From Macrostomum lignano (Eukaryota), in assembly GCA_002269645.1 (NCBI GenBank), contig NIVC01002998.1:62001-126000 (forward strand): a DNA stretch of 64,000 bases, read 5' to 3'. Shown piece after piece: positions 45,506 to 57,205 of the stretch. Position 1 is the stretch's first letter. Each line of letters begins with the position of its first letter. Made by a program: the position numbers and the translations under genes. The notes below the pieces were generated by a model that saw nothing but the letters and a program-made list of their open reading frames with translations, had not been told where the DNA came from and ran no database searches.

Positions 45506-46829
45506 ATGAGGCTTGGGCCTGGCTACATCCACAATATGCAGCAGCAGATCCAAGGCCTTGTTGATTTTCCGTTGGAGAGCCCACATGGTCTTCTTTATGT
45601 GCAGCTGAGCATTCACCGAGAGTTTGCGATGAGAAGCAGCGCACTTGAGGCCAAAGTCGATGCGCTAACGAGTGAGATAACCGGATATCGCTCGGAGATC
45701 AAGCGGCTGTCATCTATTATTGATCCTAATAGTGAATCTGTCCAGGTGACAACTTTCGAAGCGATAGACTCGTGGGAAGACTATATCCGCTTCATTGAAA
45801 ACCCCGAGGTTTTGCACGAGAATTCGGTGAGTGTATAATACGCTTTTTGTAAAAAGTGTTTGTTTTGTAAAAATATGTAAAAAGATTTACATCTTTTGAG
45901 ATTGAGGCTGAGCAAATTGATGCATTAACTACTGTGTATATATACATAAAATACAAAAACTGAAGTAAAGTTTAAATATCCCAGCTAATTAAAAATCGCT
46001 TTGAACTCTTTCCTTTGACAGAGAAATCATTTGCGACTCTTCGCGCGTGCCAAGTGGGAAGATTCGGTACGCGACATGCTCGACTCCGCCCCAAGGCTGA
46101 AGATGCAGGCCGTGGTCAACTACAAGGGAGTCGACATACAGCAGCGAGCCACACAGGCTGGTGTACCTACCCATTTAAGTGACGATGATCTTGGACTTAA
46201 AAAAGTATTTTTGCCATTTGTTCAAGGTTAGTGCTATTTTTCACTATAACATTTATGAGCAGATCTTTAGCTCCTATGATTCAATACAAGTTAGACCGCA
46301 TGCACTGCTTAAAAAGACTTCAAGAATAAGCCAAATTATATCTCCAATCTACTACTACCCGACCATGAGTAGCAATGCAAAAATGTTTTTTCCAAGAAAT
46401 TTTAATTAAGATCTAATTGTTGCTGTTCATTTATCTTTAACAGAAGCGGTCACGAAGATCTTCGGCAAAATCGGAGATGACAAAAGGCCTCCGATCGGAG
46501 CGGTCGCAAACGCTTGCCGCGATCACCTCAAGCGCGGCGGCGATCGTTTCACACAGCGAATTCATCGCAAGGCCAGTGAAAAACCTCGGTCTACTAATAA
46601 ACCTCAGCGGCTGGTTTGCAAGTATCGACCTCAGCAACCCCAGGAGCTTTCAAAGACTGCAGCCGCTTCTGGAGCAGCTTGTGCCGTGCAGCAAAGACAG
46701 ACCCAGAAGAAAGCTGCCGCCTCTTCAAAGGCGGCTTCACGCAAGCGCCGAAGATCTAGCGACTCTGATTCCTCTGATGCTAGTTCTATCGTGGACGTGT
46801 ACTCGAATTCTAGCGATTTTGAAATCTAG
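45506..46829 (+). CDS. DUF4806/BEN-like domain protein; exons <=45506-45826, 46022-46226, 46444-46829
   Basis: GT-AG introns (phase 0, phase 1) join a coiled coil to DSVRDML...VVNYKG...LGLKK.F..FVQEAV.....I..V...LKRGGDR, the DUF4806-type pattern, followed by a basic/Ser-rich tail. The 5' end is uncertain. Confidence 0.6.
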
Positions 46830-47708
46830 TAAAGTATGAACACTTGACGTCATCTCATTGTAGTTAACAATTATTTTTGTGTAATTTTATCGAGTTAAAT
46901 TAGCTAAACAGTGAGTTTAATGTATGATTATGAGTGCATGCAAATTTGAAGGATCTCGTAAACCAGTGCTAACGGATACGATTATCAATAGTCGCTGAAC
47001 TCAGAATTGTCTATTCAGCTTGAGTGCTCACATTATGTATTTTCTATTTTGTTTAAACTTCCTTAGTTACTGGTAGTTAGAAACAAAATTATTTTGTTTA
47101 ATTTCTTGCTAATGCAAATTTTCCTTACGCTTATGTTAGTTTTTTTCAGAAATTCAATGATTAATTACTAGCATATTTTAAACATAAAGTTTTTTATAAA
47201 TATTAATAAACCTTTCGTACTCTGAAAAGTATTTGTTTGCTCATGTACTCGCTCATGGGCTAAGCTCATGTACTCGTAGTTACTAAAGAAGTCAGCTGAT
47301 GCAGACACATGTCGTCGACGTGCTGATGGCTTGGCAAGGCGCATAGAGGCTTATTAAATATTCTAGCGCTCATGAAAAAAATCCGACCTTCTGGCAGAAT
47401 CGTTCAATATATCGACGGTCCTGAGGGCTGCTGACTTGATTCTGCGTTGCTCCAGTAACGACGCAGCGAAAACGCGTTCACATAAAAACATTTAATTTTT
47501 AGCTCAACTCGAGATCATAGCACTATTTCAGCTTTCAGCATCTTTCTCTTTGCTTTTATTTGATAATCGAGCCAACCGGTGCTGGAAAATTAAATCAGTT
47601 TGAGGAGGACGAGAGGTGAGCGGGTGGGGTTGCGCTGAGCTTGCACAGCAAAATGCCTACTGAGCACTAGAGCTTAACCCAGCCCAAATGAACAAGCTCT
47701 AGGCCAGT

Positions 47709-47990
47709 GTGGTTGACACTCGAACAACCCCGGAATCTGGAGTGAGCTTCCACAGCCAGCCTCTCCAAGACGCTGCTCTTGAGAAATGGAAGCGAGAAAA
47801 CCCGAGAAGACAGTTTAAACGGGCGAAGTTCTCCAAGATTTGCTCTCGCGATTTTTATTTCCCCATGACTTTATTAAAGCATCAGCGGATACCAACGTCA
47901 CACGCAAAGAGAAGCGAGTCGCTATCAAGGAGGTGTCTGAAGCTTGAAGCGGTTCCATTCATTTTCCCAAATGCTCCCATCTACTTATGA
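47709..47990 (+). pseudogene. Degenerate THAP zinc-finger domain (P-element-type transposase N-terminus remnant)
   Basis: GVSFH..P....LEKW......F...K.SKICS.DF.....LKLEAVP.IFPN.P.YL follows THAP spacing. The N-terminal CxxxxC is lost and the ligand His is replaced by Asp. Confidence 0.7.
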
Positions 47991-48399
47991 TCTCACAAGA
48001 AGGCACAGCGAGCAACCTCAGTGACCTCAGGAGAAAGAGCTGGAATTGGAGTCTTTCTGGAAGCCGACTTCAATGCTGAGACGAACCTTCAGGAGATTTA
48101 GCTGCAAGCTGGAGCAGGAAGCAGCCAAGCCAGCTGGATTCCAGACGGCTATCCAAGGCAAGCTCTGCATCTATATGCTACAGACAGCTTCTGAATTCGT
48201 GACCTTGTTTTTTCTTGGGCTTAATTCGTTACAGAGGCATGGCCATAGAATGCTATTTTCGGGTGAAAAGTGCCAATGAACAGGAGGAAAACCGACATTC
48301 ATACGAGCGTATTGGCTGAAGGCTGATTCTCTTATCAACTGGACTTATAAACGGAGGGCTTCTGGAAGACGTGACATTGAAGCTTAAGAATGTTGACTT

Positions 48400-48837
48400 T
48401 CATACTTTGAAAATCTTGAAAAAAAACTCTATCTGAGCGTGTGAATCAGTAAAAAATGACACTTGTATGGGGAATTGTCGTGCGGAATTGTCTACTAAGA
48501 AGTAGCAAGAACAGAATATAAACTTCTTTTTCTGTATATTTTTCAATAAAATTTGAAGTCTGCATTCTTCAAACGTATGCAAGAACTCAGAAATCGATGC
48601 TGGGATTTCTTGGTCTTGAATCTCTTTACTTGAATTGAAAATAAATCGCCAACACTGACCGGTCATTTCAGTTCGACAAGCTCTTATGCGCATCATGAGC
48701 AAGGCAAGGTCGCAGTCAAACTCGAAGTTGTCGTTGGAGTTTCGGCAGACTTTTAATTTTGCTACCTCAACAATTCGGCAACTGATAACTGATTGATGCA
48801 ATGCAGATTGGCTTAATATATCTATATTTAAAAACAC
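48400..48837 (-). CDS. Unknown ORF downstream of PCIF1-like copy 2
   Basis: 145-codon frame; conserved at protein level with 41797-42054, including synonymous changes. Confidence 0.45.
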   Translation of the reverse strand: MFLNIDILSQSALHQSVISCRIVEVAKLKVCRNSNDNFEFDCDLALLMMRIRACRTEMTGQCWRFIFNSSKEIQDQEIPASISEFLHTFEECRLQILLKNIQKKKFIFCSCYFLVDNSARQFPIQVSFFTDSHAQIEFFFKIFKV

Positions 48838-49283
48838 CGAGTAACCCTTTGGGCTTTAAATGAAAATATTTTTTGTTAATTTGCACTTGTGTAACATACT
48901 GCTCGATTTAAACTGAACTGAGTGAAAAAATTACTATGAAAGTAAATAAACAAAGCTTATTACGTAATATAGATCGCGCCTCATTACATACGGTAAACTA
49001 GAAAGTGTAAGCTAAAGTGAACGCATGCCTGACTTTTAAAGAAAAAGTTGTTTTATTCAACAGGTTTTTAAGCTACGCTCATAGCTTCCGGTATTACATG
49101 TGAGAGGTTAAACTGAATAAAAAATTATTTCTGTGGTGTCTGAAGATTTTTCAAATGGCTGCTGTTAGCTAGTTGTCAGAGGTTTTTAACTATAGGAAAC
49201 TCCTGGTAGAAATATATTATATAACACAGAAAATTATATAGAGTAGAGTCTTTTAAGAAGTTAACTCTGCCAAACCACAGGAA

Positions 49284-50357
49284 CTACTGAGGCTGCACCC
49301 TGCACGCCTCCAGCCAGTCGTCGTGCACCTTCGCTTCGTCCAATTGGCTAATACGATTGCGCAACTCGATTAAATCTACGTCGTCAGGCAGTTGGCCGAG
49401 TATGAAGATGCAAATTCGAGCAAGAGGCCGGTAGATAATTCCATAGTTGTCCTGCTGAAGGAATTCTTGCTGATCAAAGTCGATCCTGGCCACCTTTTGG
49501 GTAGATTCATCCAGCCTCTGCCAGCCGGTGTTGTCATCCCAGTGCGGGAAGGTGACAAAAAACCAAAACTTGCCCGGCTCCGCATCGTCCAGAGTTTCTA
49601 AGACTCTCTCGGCAGTGGCGTTTAGAACGGGCTCCACAAAGGGCGGGCCGAGACTCCAGCCACCCGGATATCCAGACAGGTCGAGGCGGAAGAAGTTTCC
49701 CAGACTGCCAAACGCGGCGTCAGTGTCCTTGAACAGGCTGCAGAACTTGACGCCATCTCGTCCCAGAAGGCGGCAGTTCAGAGGCGACGAGAAGCCCTCA
49801 TAGGTGACGTGGCCAACGTCGTACAGAGCGTCGAGTCCCGACACGCACATGCCAGACTCACCGCCGTAGAACTTGCACAGATGAGCGTAGCGGAGGCACA
49901 TCAGCGCAGTCGCGTCAGTTCCGTATGTTTGCGCCAGGTAGCGAATTCGAATACAGTTCCGGGTTTGGAAATCACCCACGAGTATATTTCCACTGGTTCC
50001 GCTCTCGGTGTATCGAACAGCAACATCAGGCAGCGGTTCACCCTCGAGATCAATGCCTAGAAATTCTTCGATACTGTCGAACACCTGGTTGGATATTCTC
50101 TTTGCCGTATCTTCATTCGCGCGTAAATTCTGTTGCAGCATCCTCTCCAGTTCCGTCCTGAGGTTTTCATTAAACGGTTGCTGTGGCAACAACGGATAGG
50201 CAGCTTCTTGATCCGCTGTGTTGAAGAGTTGCACGATTTGCAGAAACCTACCAAACACGTTTAATGCGGCATTCTTGTGCTTATTCTCGGGACCCCATTT
50301 AGGAAGGGCTGTTCGAAAGTCTTGAAAAAGCCTTTCGATAAAATTGTATTGTCGCAT
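49284..50357 (-). CDS. PCIF1/CAPAM-like methyltransferase-domain protein, copy 2 (chimera of copies 1 and 3)
   Basis: Same motifs. The N-terminal part equals copy 1 and the remainder equals copy 3. Confidence 0.85.
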   Translation of the reverse strand: MRQYNFIERLFQDFRTALPKWGPENKHKNAALNVFGRFLQIVQLFNTADQEAAYPLLPQQPFNENLRTELERMLQQNLRANEDTAKRISNQVFDSIEEFLGIDLEGEPLPDVAVRYTESGTSGNILVGDFQTRNCIRIRYLAQTYGTDATALMCLRYAHLCKFYGGESGMCVSGLDALYDVGHVTYEGFSSPLNCRLLGRDGVKFCSLFKDTDAAFGSLGNFFRLDLSGYPGGWSLGPPFVEPVLNATAERVLETLDDAEPGKFWFFVTFPHWDDNTGWQRLDESTQKVARIDFDQQEFLQQDNYGIIYRPLARICIFILGQLPDDVDLIELRNRISQLDEAKVHDDWLEACRVQPQ

Positions 50358-52308
50358 CTCTTTGGCGATTTTTTTCCGGTTCTATTCCAGCGAATTCGGC
50401 CATTATTTTCACACGGCTTGATTGTCTCAGTAATCGTTAGGGTAGTTTAGAGTGCAGATATTTGCAGCTCGGTGTTTTTTCAATGGCCTGTATTTATGTC
50501 GTTGCTCTCCAGCCGGTAGAGATTTTCATCGTTTATATTTCCAAGAAATGAAACAAAATCTACGACAATAAAAATTCTCGCTGACGCGAGCGAGGGCAGG
50601 GAAATGTACAGTTTTGCAACTGAGGCAAAATTCCAGGAAATGGCTACTGTACATAACTCAGATCCAAATAACTGGATGTATAGTCTCTTCGGCCCTGAAA
50701 ATTGTTTTTTTTAACTAGAAACAATAGCCCAAGTGGCGCGCGCCGCCACTCGCTCATTGTAGGCAGCGCTAGAGCAGCTTATGTCCAGACAAAAAGTGCG
50801 CACAGTTATGTTCTTACCCCAAAAAGTCTGACCCCCGGCCTCAGTTCGTCTTTATGCAAAAGAGAGAGGCATACGAAGCTGCCGTGAAATGCGCAAGTAC
50901 CTGCCGCAAAGTTTTGCTAGATTAATTTTCAAAATATATGATGAGACCATCTTCAATTCGAGCACAAGAACGATGACTTAACTGGACAAGCTTTTTATCT
51001 TCGAGTACTATTAGTAGCATTTAAAGCTCGACGCTTCGAATGATGGCAACCAAAAACTTGATCAAAGTGATATTTTCTAGAATTTTGCAACAAAAAGTAA
51101 CTGGTCATTTTGAACATTGATTTTAAACTAGGATGACTGTAGGAAATTATTTTGAAGACAATTTCACTTCTAGGATTATAAACTCAAAGCTGAAGTTTCT
51201 AATCGGTGTCATATCTTAACTGCAACAGGTACGAACAAGATTAATAATTAGATTTGCAGGAGGGTTGTGGGCACCCTTGCGTAGCATCTTCCCTGACATA
51301 GCTCTACAAACAGCACTGAGACAATTCTGCCTCAGTCTTTTTGTCCTTTTGTTTTCAGTCTTTTCTGCCTCACTCCGGAGCACATTAGCACGCTTCAAAC
51401 ATTAGCACATTAGCACGCTTCCTGACTTTCAAATCGTCAGGAATGTAACACTATGTGCCTTGTAGGTTGGCATACATGGGTGTAAATCGCATCGGCTAAT
51501 TTTCGGGAACAAGCCCTAGATGAATCAAACCAGAGGTACGCTCGTAGTGGTGCGAGAGTCAAATTAGTTTACTACTGGCTTACCATCTGGAGACAATGGC
51601 GCAACATTTGTGAGTGCGACTCTATGACTTGCTGTAGGTTTTTGTTTTTTGTCGTAGTCCAGATTTCAGGGTGACAGATCAGGACGTGCTCAACTTAATT
51701 CAATCAAAATCAATTGATGAAATCTATGGCATCGTCTTCGCCCTCCCAGTATGATCAGCAGCATCTCGAACGGAGATAGATTAGAGACTAAGACGCTGAA
51801 AAGATGCAACAGATTACCATGTCTCTTTCTACTTTAAAAAAGGTCTTTACGCTCAAACCAAGCCACTGGTAACTTTTGAGCATTCTACTTTTGCCAAACA
51901 ACTTTCCAAACATGATATTTAATAGCAATTAGTAGCAAAACGTCCAAAAGCACAGTTCTAGACTTTTTATGCGTAAAATAGTTGCTGAGGATCTATCGAA
52001 ATATAGAGGGTATTCAGAGAAATTCAGTACATCAGAGAAATTGTCCTTGGGTATCTGGTGCCACATGTTGAAGGCCAAGACACTCTGCTTGGGCCACGAC
52101 ACTCTGCTTGGGCCAAGACACTCTGCTTGCTCCCGATGAGGCATCTGCGGTGTCAGCATGGGAAGCGCAATCTGCTAATTTCAACATTTCTACGGTGCTA
52201 AAAACACCAACTCCAAGACTTAAAAAAAAAGTCCAAGCAGACTTTTCGACGAACATATCGGAAGCAGCACCGACGCCCACAGAGCCGACTCCTCCGGTGC
52301 TCCCTTCA

Positions 52309-53632
52309 ATGAGGCTTGGGCCTGGCTACATCCACAATATGCAGCAGCAGATCCAAGGCCTTGTTGATTTTCCGTTGGAGAGCCCACATGGTCTTCTTTA
52401 TGTGCAGCTGAGCATTCACCGAGAGTTTGCGATGAGAAGCAGCGCACTTGAGGCCAAAGTCGATGCGCTAACGAGTGAGATAACCGGATATCGCTCGGAG
52501 ATCAAGCGGCTGTCATCTATTATTGATCCTAATAGTGAATCTGTCCAGGTGACAACTTTCGAAGCGATAGACTCGTGGGAAGACTATATCCGCTTCATTG
52601 AAAACCCCGAGGTTTTGCACGAGAATTCGGTGAGTGTATAATACGCTTTTTGTAAAAAGTGTTTGTTTTGTAAAAATATGTAAAAAGATTTACATCTTTT
52701 GAGATTGAGGCTGAGCAAATTGATGCATTAACTACTGTGTATATATACATAAAATACAAAAACTGAAGTAAAGTTTAAATATCCCAGCTAATTAAAAATC
52801 GCTTTGAACTCTTTCCTTTGACAGAGAAATCATTTGCGACTCTTCGCGCGTGCCAAGTGGGAAGATTCGGTACGCGACATGCTCGACTCCGCCCCAAGGC
52901 TGAAGATGCAGGCCGTGGTCAACTACAAGGGAGTCGACATACAGCAGCGAGCCACACAGGCTGGTGTACCTACCCATTTAAGTGACGATGATCTTGGACT
53001 TAAAAAAGTATTTTTGCCATTTGTTCAAGGTTAGTGCTATTTTTCACTATAACATTTATGAGCAGATCTTTAGCTCCTATGATTCAATACAAGTTAGACC
53101 GCATGCACTGCTTAAAAAGACTTCAAGAATAAGCCAAATTATATCTCCAATCTACTACTACCCGACCATGAGTAGCAATGCAAAAATGTTTTTTCCAAGA
53201 AATTTTAATTAAGATCTAATTGTTGCTGTTCATTTATCTTTAACAGAAGCGGTCACGAAGATCTTCGGCAAAATCGGAGATGACAAAAGGCCTCCGATCG
53301 GAGCGGTCGCAAACGCTTGCCGCGATCACCTCAAGCGCGGCGGCGATCGTTTCACACAGCGAATTCATCGCAAGGCCAGTGAAAAACCTCGGTCTACTAA
53401 TAAACCTCAGCGGCTGGTTTGCAAGTATCGACCTCAGCAACCCCAGGAGCTTTCAAAGACTGCAGCCGCTTCTGGAGCAGCTTGTGCCGTGCAGCAAAGA
53501 CAGACCCAGAAGAAAGCTGCCGCCTCTTCAAAGGCGGCTTCACGCAAGCGCCGAAGATCTAGCGACTCTGATTCCTCTGATGCTAGTTCTATCGTGGACG
53601 TGTACTCGAATTCTAGCGATTTTGAAATCTAG
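52309..53632 (+). CDS. DUF4806/BEN-like domain protein, duplicate copy
   Basis: Same exons as 45506-46829 at +6803. Confidence 0.6.
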
Positions 53633-54511
53633 TAAAGTATGAACACTTGACGTCATCTCATTGTAGTTAACAATTATTTTTGTGTAATTTTATCGAGTTA
53701 AATTAGCTAAACAGTGAGTTTAATGTATGATTATGAGTGCATGCAAATTTGAAGGATCTCGTAAACCAGTGCTAACGGATACGATTATCAATAGTCGCTG
53801 AACTCAGAATTGTCTATTCAGCTTGAGTGCTCACATTATGTATTTTCTATTTTGTTTAAACTTCCTTAGTTACTGGTAGTTAGAAACAAAATTATTTTGT
53901 TTAATTTCTTGCTAATGCAAATTTTCCTTACGCTTATGTTAGTTTTTTTCAGAAATTCAATGATTAATTACTAGCATATTTTAAACATAAAGTTTTTTAT
54001 AAATATTAATAAACCTTTCGTACTCTGAAAAGTATTTGTTTGCTCATGTACTCGCTCATGGGCTAAGCTCATGTACTCGTAGTTACTAAAGAAGTCAGCT
54101 GATGCAGACACATGTCGTCGACGTGCTGATGGCTTGGCAAGGCGCATAGAGGCTTATTAAATATTCTAGCGCTCATGAAAAAAATCCGACCTTCTGGCAG
54201 AATCGTTCAATATATCGACGGTCCTGAGGGCTGCTGACTTGATTCTGCGTTGCTCCAGTAACGACGCAGCGAAAACGCGTTCACATAAAAACATTTAATT
54301 TTTAGCTCAACTCGAGATCATAGCACTATTTCAGCTTTCAGCATCTTTCTCTTTGCTTTTATTTGATAATCGAGCCAACCGGTGCTGGAAAATTAAATCA
54401 GTTTGAGGAGGACGAGAGGTGAGCGGGTGGGGTTGCGCTGAGCTTGCACAGCAAAATGCCTACTGAGCACTAGAGCTTAACCCAGCCCAAATGAACAAGC
54501 TCTAGGCCAGT

Positions 54512-54793
54512 GTGGTTGACACTCGAACAACCCCGGAATCTGGAGTGAGCTTCCACAGCCAGCCTCTCCAAGACGCTGCTCTTGAGAAATGGAAGCGAGA
54601 AAACCCGAGAAGACAGTTTAAACGGGCGAAGTTCTCCAAGATTTGCTCTCGCGATTTTTATTTCCCCATGACTTTATTAAAGCATCAGCGGATACCAACG
54701 TCACACGCAAAGAGAAGCGAGTCGCTATCAAGGAGGTGTCTGAAGCTTGAAGCGGTTCCATTCATTTTCCCAAATGCTCCCATCTACTTATGA
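54512..54793 (+). pseudogene. Degenerate THAP domain, duplicate copy
   Basis: Identical translation to 47709-47990. Confidence 0.7.
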
Positions 54794-55202
54794 TCTCACA
54801 AGAAGGCACAGCGAGCAACCTCAGTGACCTCAGGAGAAAGAGCTGGAATTGGAGTCTTTCTGGAAGCCGACTTCAATGCTGAGACGAACCTTCAGGAGAT
54901 TTAGCTGCAAGCTGGAGCAGGAAGCAGCCAAGCCAGCTGGATTCCAGACGGCTATCCAAGGCAAGCTCTGCATCTATATGCTACAGACAGCTTCTGAATT
55001 CGTGACCTTGTTTTTTCTTGGGCTTAATTCGTTACAGAGGCATGGCCATAGAATGCTATTTTCGGGTGAAAAGTGCCAATGAACAGGAGGAAAACCGACA
55101 TTCATACGAGCGTATTGGCTGAAGGCTGATTCTCTTATCAACTGGACTTATAAACGGAGGGCTTCTGGAAGACGTGACATTGAAGCTTAAGAATGTTGAC
55201 TT

Positions 55203-55640
55203 TCATACTTTGAAAATCTTGAAAAAAAACTCTATCTGAGCGTGTGAATCAGTAAAAAATGACACTTGTATGGGGAATTGTCGTGCGGAATTGTCTACTA
55301 AGAAGTAGCAAGAACAGAATATAAACTTCTTTTTCTGTATATTTTTCAATAAAATTTGAAGTCTGCATTCTTCAAACGTATGCAAGAACTCAGAAATCGA
55401 TGCTGGGATTTCTTGGTCTTGAATCTCTTTACTTGAATTGAAAATAAATCGCCAACACTGACCGGTCATTTCAGTTCGACAAGCTCTTATGCGCATCATG
55501 AGCAAGGCAAGGTCGCAGTCAAACTCGAAGTTGTCGTTGGAGTTTCGGCAGACTTTTAATTTTGCTACCTCAACAATTCGGCAACTGATAACTGATTGAT
55601 GCAATGCAGATTGGCTTAATATATCTATATTTAAAAACAC
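55203..55640 (-). CDS. Unknown ORF downstream of PCIF1-like copy 3
   Basis: Identical translation to 48400-48837. Confidence 0.45.
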   Translation of the reverse strand: MFLNIDILSQSALHQSVISCRIVEVAKLKVCRNSNDNFEFDCDLALLMMRIRACRTEMTGQCWRFIFNSSKEIQDQEIPASISEFLHTFEECRLQILLKNIQKKKFIFCSCYFLVDNSARQFPIQVSFFTDSHAQIEFFFKIFKV

Positions 55641-56086
55641 CGAGTAACCCTTTGGGCTTTAAATGAAAATATTTTTTGTTAATTTGCACTTGTGTAACAT
55701 ACTGCTCGATTTAAACTGAACTGAGTGAAAAAATTACTATGAAAGTAAATAAACAAAGCTTATTACGTAATATAGATCGCGCCTCATTACATACGGTAAA
55801 CTAGAAAGTGTAAGCTAAAGTGAACGCATGCCTGACTTTTAAAGAAAAAGTTGTTTTATTCAACAGGTTTTTAAGCTACGCTCATAGCTTCCGGTATTAC
55901 ATGTGAGAGGTTAAACTGAATAAAAAATTATTTCTGTGGTGTCTGAAGATTTTTCAAATGGCTGCTGTTAGCTAGTTGTCAGAGGTTTTTAACTATAGGA
56001 AACTCCTGGTAGAAATATATTATATAACACAGAAAATTATATAGAGTAGAGTCTTTTAAGAAGTTAACTCTGCCAAACCACAGGAA

Positions 56087-57205
56087 CTACTGAGGCTGCA
56101 CCCTGCACGCCTCCAGCCAGTCGTCGTGCACCTTCGCTTCGTCCAATTGGCTAATACGATTGCGCAACTCGATTAAATCTACGTCGTCAGGCAGTTGGCC
56201 GAGTATGAAGATGCAAATTCGAGCAAGAGGCCGGTAGATAATTCCATAGTTGTCCTGCTGAAGGAATTCTTGCTGATCAAAGTCGATCCTGGCCACCTTT
56301 TGGGTAGATTCATCCAGCCTCTGCCAGCCGGTGTTGTCATCCCAGTGCGGGAAGGTGACAAAAAACCAAAACTTGCCCGGCTCCGCATCGTCCAGAGTTT
56401 CTAAGACTCTCTCGGCAGTGGCGTTTAGAACGGGCTCCACAAAGGGCGGGCCGAGACTCCAGCCACCCGGATATCCAGACAGGTCGAGGCGGAAGAAGTT
56501 TCCCAGACTGCCAAACGCGGCGTCAGTGTCCTTGAACAGGCTGCAGAACTTGACGCCATCTCGTCCCAGAAGGCGGCAGTTCAGAGGCGACGAGAAGCCC
56601 TCATAGGTGACGTGGCCAACGTCGTACAGAGCGTCGAGTCCCGACACGCACATGCCAGACTCACCGCCGTAGAACTTGCACAGATGAGCGTAGCGGAGGC
56701 ACATCAGCGCAGTCGCGTCAGTTCCGTATGTTTGCGCCAGGTAGCGAATTCGAATACAGTTCCGGGTTTGGAAATCACCCACGAGTATATTTCCACTGGT
56801 TCCGCTCTCGGTGTATCGAACAGCAACATCAGGCAGCGGTTCACCCTCGAGATCAATGCCTAGAAATTCTTCGATACTGTCGAACACCTGGTTGGATATT
56901 CTCTTTGCCGTATCTTCATTCGCGCGTAAATTCTGTTGAAGCATCCTCTCCAGTTCCGTCCTGACGTTTTCATCCAATGGTTGCTGTGGCAACAACTGAT
57001 AGGCAGCTTCTTGATCCGCTGTGTTGAAGAATTGCACGATTTGCAGAAACCTGCCAAACACAGCAAAAGTCGCATCCCTGTGCCTTTCCTCGGGACCCCA
57101 TTGAGGAAGAGCGGTTCGATAGTCTTGAAAAAGCCTTTCGATAAAATTGTATTGTCGCATCTCCCTGGTGAGTTGGTCCGGTTCTATTCCAGCGAATTCG
57201 GCCAT
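56087..57205 (-). CDS. PCIF1/CAPAM-like methyltransferase-domain protein, copy 3 (full frame, 372 aa)
   Basis: Intact from MAEFAGIEP; motifs EGFSSPLN, FCSLFKDTDAAFGSLGNFF, WSLGPPF. Confidence 0.87.
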   Translation of the reverse strand: MAEFAGIEPDQLTREMRQYNFIERLFQDYRTALPQWGPEERHRDATFAVFGRFLQIVQFFNTADQEAAYQLLPQQPLDENVRTELERMLQQNLRANEDTAKRISNQVFDSIEEFLGIDLEGEPLPDVAVRYTESGTSGNILVGDFQTRNCIRIRYLAQTYGTDATALMCLRYAHLCKFYGGESGMCVSGLDALYDVGHVTYEGFSSPLNCRLLGRDGVKFCSLFKDTDAAFGSLGNFFRLDLSGYPGGWSLGPPFVEPVLNATAERVLETLDDAEPGKFWFFVTFPHWDDNTGWQRLDESTQKVARIDFDQQEFLQQDNYGIIYRPLARICIFILGQLPDDVDLIELRNRISQLDEAKVHDDWLEACRVQPQ

